Of a stretch of DNA of 64,000 nt, positions 58,426 through 64,000 are shown piece after piece. How positions within the stretch are numbered: the first letter of the stretch is position 1; each line of letters begins with the position of its first letter. Under the pieces are notes generated by a model, which had not been told where the DNA came from, did not search any database, and saw only the letters and a list, made by a program, of their open reading frames with translations. The position numbers were made by a program, and so were the translations under genes. This stretch comes from a virus (lineage: Duplodnaviria; Heunggongvirae; Uroviricota; Caudoviricetes), in IMG/VR virus record IMGVR_UViG_3300009515_000001; one strand, written 5' to 3'.

Positions 58426-58521
58426 ATGATATGTTCAGAACATGATAGACTTTTCGATCACACAGATGATTGTCCTGATTGTGAAGCTGAAAGATTAACA
58501 ACACTAGCAAGAAGTTGATTC
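58426..58521 (+). CDS. 31-aa zinc-binding peptide (C-x3-H ... C-x2-C)
   Basis: MICSEHDRLFDHTDDCPDCEAERLTTLARS. Confidence 0.3.
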
Positions 58522-58784
58522 AAGATATTGTGTGTGAACACAAATCAAATCTGAATTGCCCCTGCTGTGCCAAGAAATTCTGCTATACATGTATCTATAA
58601 GCATATCAAAATTCACTCTCAAAGGCTAGAGAGTATTGGAGTTGAGTTGAAACATGTTTCAAAACCCCCCACTCATTCTGCTAAGATCTCACCTAAAACA
58701 ATCAAAGCCCCCAAAATTCCTTCATTGAATATTTCAAATCCTGTACTAAACAGTTCACCTAAACCCAAAAACACTTTTCTTTAA
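58515..58784 (+). CDS. zinc-finger plus Ser/Pro-rich protein
   Basis: CEHKSNLNCPCC...CYTC. Confidence 0.45.
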   Translation: MIQDIVCEHKSNLNCPCCAKKFCYTCIYKHIKIHSQRLESIGVELKHVSKPPTHSAKISPKTIKAPKIPSLNISNPVLNSSPKPKNTFL

Positions 58785-58917
58785 AATAAGTCAACAACAA
58801 ACTATCTTTGGGCTGGATTGGAAAAAGTAGCCAATGTCCTATCTCGATGTACGTGTACTGTCATCTTCTAGTATATCCAATCCCCAATCCAGTTCCTTTA
58901 TAATTATTATCAATATA

Positions 58918-58974
58918 CTAGTGCTACTACTAGTAACTAGTGCTACTACTAGTAACTAGTCCTGCTACTGGTTA
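58918..58974. repeat. tandem 19-nt repeat CTAGTGCTACTACTAGTAA (2 exact plus 1 degenerate copy) in 855-bp ORF-free region
   Basis: Read directly from sequence. Confidence 0.8.
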
Positions 58975-59641
58975 TTGACTTGTATCAATTCTTTTCAAAT
59001 TACCCTAGTGATTCTATCGATGTTTGTATCATACTGTTATTTCAAAAAAAAGTCCATTACAGAATTGATTTGAAAAACCCCTTCTCCTAAACCCCGATTT
59101 TCCTTCACTGGAAAATTCGACAAAGAAATTGGAATAGCAATAAGGTGTTGTAACACCTAGTATTCGTAATATCGTTCCTGACTTGAAACAATTCTGTGCT
59201 ATTTGACGATACATCTAGGCATAAGCAATTAGTGGTATATTCGGACTAGCTAAAGTAGGTTATTTGACAATATTACTGATCCGAAAGATCTTAAAATCAG
59301 ATCCGTATCAAAACTATTCCTAGATCCAAGTTTTCTAAGTGATCAGATCTGCGAGAGATCGAATCATGGATTTTCCATACGTAGTCGAATCCTCTTTTAT
59401 TAATTACTAGTTAATACTAGGAAGAGAATGGCTGCCCATTGTATACCCAAACGTAGAAAAATAGAAAAGTCTTTAAAAAAAAATTAAAATAGAGAGCTCG
59501 ATTTCGGGCTTTTTGTTCTAAAAAAGTAAAAAATCGAATTTGAAATAAAAATTTGGAATGTCAAAAAAATTTTTTTTTAAAAATTGAATTTAAATAGTAG
59601 ATAACTCATGCTCAAGTTGATGGGGAGGTGTTGCCAACTAA

Positions 59642-59959
59642 TTGTCTGCTAGTTCAGCATTGATCGCCACCGCTTTCAGCCAGTTAAGAAACGCATACAT
59701 ATCCTGCATAATAAACAAGGCCGATCCATTCAACGCCACCACAATGATAATGAATATGGTTGCTATGTTGCCACCAGATTCTAGACCAGAACTGAAAGAC
59801 CTTGAAGATGAACCTAGTCGTAAAGAATTTCTAGATGATGTCGATGAAGATCTATACATGGCAGAAGCTTGGGCTTACGTTAGGAAGCTAGGGTATCTTG
59901 TAGAAGAATGTGTAGCAAAGTATGTGAGTAATATTCAATCGAGAAGGAGTATGGCATAA
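59642..59959 (+). CDS. small acidic protein; TTG start after GGGGAGGTG SD
   Basis: ORF abuts next gene; SD 13 nt upstream. Confidence 0.4.
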   Translation: MSASSALIATAFSQLRNAYISCIINKADPFNATTMIMNMVAMLPPDSRPELKDLEDEPSRKEFLDDVDEDLYMAEAWAYVRKLGYLVEECVAKYVSNIQSRRSMA

Positions 59960-61263
59960 TGGCATTAGAAGAAGTGGGTGAAGAGATAGTTGAACAGGAT
60001 ATTGAAGCTAAGATACAAGCTAAGGCAGTTGAAAAGAAGAAGGCTTTCACTGGAGTAAAGACAACTCTCTTTAAAGATCCTCGTGATGGTCAACGCTATC
60101 CAATACCTGTATCGATGTCACCAATGCCAACGGTAGATCGTATCCTAACCTATTCAGCAAGGACAGGTTTCTGTGGTATCTTGTGCATTGGAATGTCAGG
60201 CACTGGAAAGAGTACACTTGCCAGATTCTTGGTCCATCAACTGCACCAAAAGAAGAACTTTAACATTCACTGGTATGAGAGAGATGACATTCAAAGGCTG
60301 GACAAGATCATAGCCAGCTTGCAGAAGGGGTTGGACCATATCATAGTGATGGATGACGCTTCATTCAGTTTAGAACAACTGAAACGTGAGGACATTACCA
60401 AGATTGCACAGAAGCTTACCTACGTTAGACACGATGTTAGAGGACAGGTGATAGTGATAATGAATATACATTATTCTAAAGCAATTTCCAGGTTCTTTAG
60501 GAACGTTCCATTCGCTTTCCTCACTTCAATCACACAAGAAGAAGTACATACATTCCAAGATGTTTGGCCTCATGGTAGGTGGAAGTTCAAAGACTTTGCA
60601 TGGTATTACCAACAGATGATGTTCACAGATAAGTGGACATTCGATGTTGATAGGTGGGAGAACAAGACCATGACGTATAGAACAGATGATCCTTTCAGAC
60701 TTGGACTAGCTATGGAAGGGAACTACATACACTTCATAGTGTATTTAAAAGATGGTTGTACTTTATGCGATGCACAATTTGATATAAAGAAGATAGTAAA
60801 TAGTAAAGAGTTGGTTGATTACTTTGTCAAGTCATACGGATTACCTAGAGCAAGAAGTATACTGAACCTCTATGCCTTTACTAAGCATGGACAGAAGGCA
60901 TTAGATTCAAACAGACAGGCTATCTGGAATAGCATAGCAGACTTTGATAAGAACAATAAGATTAACTGGGTGAATGTTGTGCAGGAATTACGTAAGACAT
61001 TGAAGAGTAGAAGAAGAACCTATGTAAAGAAGTCTGTACTAAAAGAGAACGCAGAACAACTTGAAGATCTACCCGAAGGTGATCCTGAATTGGAACGTGT
61101 CAAGACAGAACAGGAGTTAGAACTACAAGAACAACTAGCAGACTTGGAAGAGAACCAAGACAAAGTAATACCTATGGGATATGATCCTGATACATCAAAC
61201 CCTAATCAAATGCCATACGGTGAGGAAGAAATAGACAGGCAACTTGATCAAGATAACCAATGA
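59959..61263 (+). CDS. P-loop NTPase (SF3-helicase-like or A32/FtsK-like ATPase); candidate replication or packaging protein
   Basis: Walker A GMSGTGKST, Walker B HIIVMDDAS, downstream VIVIMNIHY (motif C-like Asn). Confidence 0.6.
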   Translation: MALEEVGEEIVEQDIEAKIQAKAVEKKKAFTGVKTTLFKDPRDGQRYPIPVSMSPMPTVDRILTYSARTGFCGILCIGMSGTGKSTLARFLVHQLHQKKNFNIHWYERDDIQRLDKIIASLQKGLDHIIVMDDASFSLEQLKREDITKIAQKLTYVRHDVRGQVIVIMNIHYSKAISRFFRNVPFAFLTSITQEEVHTFQDVWPHGRWKFKDFAWYYQQMMFTDKWTFDVDRWENKTMTYRTDDPFRLGLAMEGNYIHFIVYLKDGCTLCDAQFDIKKIVNSKELVDYFVKSYGLPRARSILNLYAFTKHGQKALDSNRQAIWNSIADFDKNNKINWVNVVQELRKTLKSRRRTYVKKSVLKENAEQLEDLPEGDPELERVKTEQELELQEQLADLEENQDKVIPMGYDPDTSNPNQMPYGEEEIDRQLDQDNQ

Positions 61264-61274
61264 TCTATATTCAG

Positions 61275-61397
61275 TTAGTGATACCAAGTAGTGATAATAA
61301 TTTATCATTTTTATTATCACTTAGATCTATTTTCAGTTAGTGATAATGTAGACCACTAGTGATAACAAGTAGTGATAACCTGGAAGGTAGTGATACC
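61275..61397. repeat. cluster of 6 direct plus 1 inverted TAGTGATA(A/C) iteron-like repeats, ending in palindrome CCTGGCAACCAGG
   Basis: Read directly from sequence. Confidence 0.75.
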
Positions 61398-61487
61398 TGG
61401 CAACCAGGCGCACAATTATTTTTGTATTTTTCTGACAACAATTTTTCAGTTACGTGCCTGTAATAATTTTCAGTTATAATTTTTTAG

Positions 61488-61554
61488 TGGTTAACATATT
61501 GTTGGTTAACATATTGTTGGTTAACATATTGTTGGTTAACATATTGTTGGTTAA
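61488..61554. repeat. 4.5 tandem copies of 15-mer GGTTAACATATTGTT
   Basis: Read directly from sequence. Confidence 0.9.
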
Positions 61555-61799
61555 CTACCTAAGATTAATCTTAATTCAATCTTAGAATTTATACCTAGAT
61601 TTATTTAATAAATAAAATACCTTGATCTTTAATCTTAAATTAAGATCTGAAATTTCAGATAATCATTTTATATTAAAATCTGAAAAGCTGAAATTTTTTA
61701 AAGTCTGTAATTTACGCCTAAGCATTTTTAGATATACCCTTTTTGTATGTTCATTTAAACACACAAGTGATTTATTAATATACGTACATATTTAAAATT

Positions 61800-63026
61800 A
61801 TGAATGAGGATACCACAAGATCCAACAATAACCCAACTAATGAAAATTCATCTAATGAAAATTCAGTTTCTGAAAATTCAGATCACAAATACAATCCATC
61901 AAAAGATCACTTAGAAATTTGTGAACCATGCAGAATAGAAAAGAAAAGAAAAAATGATCTATACTATGCAAACAATAAGGATAAAGTTTTAGCTAAAAGA
62001 AAAGCTGAACGTGAACAAAAATTATCTAAGTTGAATAAAGCAATTAACGATCCAAATAAAACAACTTTAACAAAAGACGATCTACATTTAGCAAACACGA
62101 TCCCGATCCAAGAAATAGATCCACAAAACTATATGTTAAAACAAACAACTAAGTTTATTTTTCCAAAAGGATCTGAAAATCTTTTGAAAAAATATTCAAT
62201 GAAAAAAGTATCTAAAGGATTAATTTTATTTGGTCATGCTGGAAACGGTAAAACCGAGCTTCCAAAACAATGGTCTATTAAAAATAAAGTGCCTAATGTT
62301 TTTCTAAGTTGTCATAACGATATTAGATCAACCGATCTTCTTGGATCTTTTTCACTTAAAGAAGGTTCAAGCGTTTTTGTATTAGGAAAAATAATTGAAG
62401 CTATCGAGATCGCAAACAAACATAGTTCTAAACAATGTGTTTTAGTTCTTGATGAGATTAACACAATGGATAATAATGTTCAAAAGATCTTAAACACTAA
62501 TTTAGATTTCAGATCTGGAATTAATATTCCATTGGTTAACAAACAATATAGATTAAACGATGAATCAAAAATAATCGTTGTAGCTACAATGAACCCTAGT
62601 TCTTATAGTGGCACATATCCATTAAACTTAGAACTAAATTCAAGGTTCGACTTTAAAGAAATTAAAACCATGCCAGATAAATTAATTAAAGATCTTTTAA
62701 AGTCAAAAAACATCGATGAAAAAACAATCGAATCTTTATTGATTACACAAAAAGAATTATTGAAAGCTTTTGAAGCTGATAAGATACAACAACCGATCGA
62801 TCCAAGAGGATTATTAAAATTTGCAGAAGATTATAATCTAAACAAAACTGAATTTAAAATGGATCATTCAGAAGCTTTGCAAGAAGCTTTAGAATTAACT
62901 TTAGTTGGTAGATACCTAGACAATAAAGAAGATCTCAAATTTGTAAATGAAATTATAGAATCTAATTTCAGCTTTGAAGATCCAGAAGTAAACGAACAAA
63001 CAGAAAAAGAAGATAACGAACAATAG
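61800..63026 (+). CDS. AAA_5-type (MoxR/McrB-like) ATPase
   Basis: Walker A GHAGNGKTE, Walker B LVLDEINTMD, sensor VVATMNP, arginine finger SRF. Confidence 0.7.
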   Translation: MNEDTTRSNNNPTNENSSNENSVSENSDHKYNPSKDHLEICEPCRIEKKRKNDLYYANNKDKVLAKRKAEREQKLSKLNKAINDPNKTTLTKDDLHLANTIPIQEIDPQNYMLKQTTKFIFPKGSENLLKKYSMKKVSKGLILFGHAGNGKTELPKQWSIKNKVPNVFLSCHNDIRSTDLLGSFSLKEGSSVFVLGKIIEAIEIANKHSSKQCVLVLDEINTMDNNVQKILNTNLDFRSGINIPLVNKQYRLNDESKIIVVATMNPSSYSGTYPLNLELNSRFDFKEIKTMPDKLIKDLLKSKNIDEKTIESLLITQKELLKAFEADKIQQPIDPRGLLKFAEDYNLNKTEFKMDHSEALQEALELTLVGRYLDNKEDLKFVNEIIESNFSFEDPEVNEQTEKEDNEQ

Positions 63027-63038
63027 GAGATCTAAAAA

Positions 63039-64000
63039 TTGTCTATACAAAATTCCCAAAAAATCGATCCTTCTTCTGATGATTCATTAAAAGAATTTTC
63101 AGAAGAAGATCGAAAATTTGTTTTAGATTTTATTAGTATGTTTTCAGCAATTAAAAATAAACCATTAAAAATATTTTTCAATAATAATTCAGGTAAGCAT
63201 TTTATTACTTATAATAAATATGAAAAAGAATATCAGATCTATACAGATCCTTATGATGAAAAAATTTATTGGAAAACTGCGATCGAGCATGAAGTAAGCC
63301 ATTTATTATTTGATACAAAATTCGATTCATTCAAAAGATATGCTAATGAAATAATTTCTAATTGTCCTTATGAATTAAGATCAATTAGTTTCAAAAGTAT
63401 TCACACGATCTATAATGTGTTTGAAGATATGAGGATCGAATCATGGTTCGGAAAATACAAACAAGGATTTAGAAAAAGAATAATTCAAACTAGAAAATCA
63501 TTAGGAAAAGATCCGCAAATAGTAAAAGGCGATCCAGATAATCCAATTTCAGCTTTATTATATTCTAGATTTTTTAGAAACGATTTAGTAAGATTATCTA
63601 ATTTTAAAGTGTGTGAAGATTACATAAACAAATCTGAATTTATTAACCCTAAAGGATCAATTCTTTTAGTTAAAGATTTTTACGATAAAGTTTTTCTACC
63701 ATTCTTAAAAGAACAAAAAGAAAAACAAAAGGAAAAAGAAAAACAAAAAGAGAATCAAAAAAATGAAACTGAAAATTCAGATCCAAAAGGAACTGAAAAT
63801 TCAAAAGATGATTCAAATAAAAAACAATCAGAAGATCAAAAAGATAATTCAGACAATGAAGATCCAGAAGATAAAGATCCAGAAGATAAAGATCCAGACT
63901 TTAACGATTTAGATTCTGATGATTCAGATAACGATTTAGATTCTGATGATTCAGATAACGATTTAGATTCTGATGATTCAGATAACGATTTAGATTCTGA
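63039..64000 (+). CDS. partial CDS (runs off window): HExxH-motif protein with Asp/Ser-rich acidic repeat tail; possible metallopeptidase-like partner of the AAA_5 ATPase
   Basis: TTG start 63039; AIEHEVSHLL (HExxH); frame stays open to window end. Confidence 0.5.
   Translation, partial: MSIQNSQKIDPSSDDSLKEFSEEDRKFVLDFISMFSAIKNKPLKIFFNNNSGKHFITYNKYEKEYQIYTDPYDEKIYWKTAIEHEVSHLLFDTKFDSFKRYANEIISNCPYELRSISFKSIHTIYNVFEDMRIESWFGKYKQGFRKRIIQTRKSLGKDPQIVKGDPDNPISALLYSRFFRNDLVRLSNFKVCEDYINKSEFINPKGSILLVKDFYDKVFLPFLKEQKEKQKEKEKQKENQKNETENSDPKGTENSKDDSNKKQSEDQKDNSDNEDPEDKDPEDKDPDFNDLDSDDSDNDLDSDDSDNDLDSDDSDNDLDS
63906..64000. repeat. 3.5 tandem copies of 27-nt GATTTAGATTCTGATGATTCAGATAAC (encodes DLDSDDSDN repeats)
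   Basis: Read directly from sequence. Confidence 0.9.

Noticed and set aside
59638-59859. 73-aa minus-strand ORF
   Set aside because: Directly antisense to + strand ORF 59642-59959, which has an SD site and abuts the ATPase gene.
1-64000. CRISPR array or rRNA genes
   Set aside because: No spacer-interleaved direct-repeat arrays. The tandem repeats present are contiguous iterons or coding repeats. No rRNA-like conserved stretches.

Overview
This window is AT-rich, gene-dense DNA with archaeal-style expression signals. It is almost certainly a large archaeal virus, provirus or other integrative mobile element; no host housekeeping gene was recognised.

Expression signals: A TTCTTTTAAATAAG-type box recurs about 20-30 nt upstream of start codons, consistent with archaeal TATA/BRE promoters and leaderless first genes. 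Operon-internal genes instead carry GGAGGTGA Shine-Dalgarno sites. About 110 ORFs are packed almost exclusively on the + strand; the only minus-strand features called are two CDSs and one tRNA.

Called with reasonable support from motifs:
- a tyrosine integrase (7667-9058)
- five DNA methyltransferases: phage Dam-type N6A (10143), two C5-cytosine MTases (24501; 44738, frameshifted), a short DPPY protein (45807), and a 709-aa SPPY beta-class MTase with a triplicated GKNPGDV motif (48947)
- an HNH endonuclease (19915)
- a DUF5131/Gp37-Gp68 phage protein (40031)
- a HerA/DUF87-like ATPase (47155)
- an SPFH/band-7 protein (31805)
- a LamG-like membrane-anchored protein (29827)
- a stand-alone CDC48-N-like domain protein (52150)
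- a P-loop NTPase (59959) flanked by iteron-bearing, AT-rich ORF-free regions, proposed here as a candidate replication origin
- an AAA_5 ATPase (61800) followed by an HExxH protein
- a tRNA-Pro(UGG) on the minus strand (26102-26176), next to a GC-enriched 0.75-kb ORF-free island with stable hairpins

The 3.6-19 kb block encodes giant low-complexity proteins (1090 aa, 718 aa) and a family of small, very basic proteins, many ending in Gly/Asp-Phe-Phe; this is proposed as a virion/structural module. Dozens of small Zn-ribbon/C2H2 proteins, many below 60 aa, fill the apparent intergenic gaps.

No rRNA, CRISPR array or recognisable capsid or terminase gene could be identified from sequence alone.
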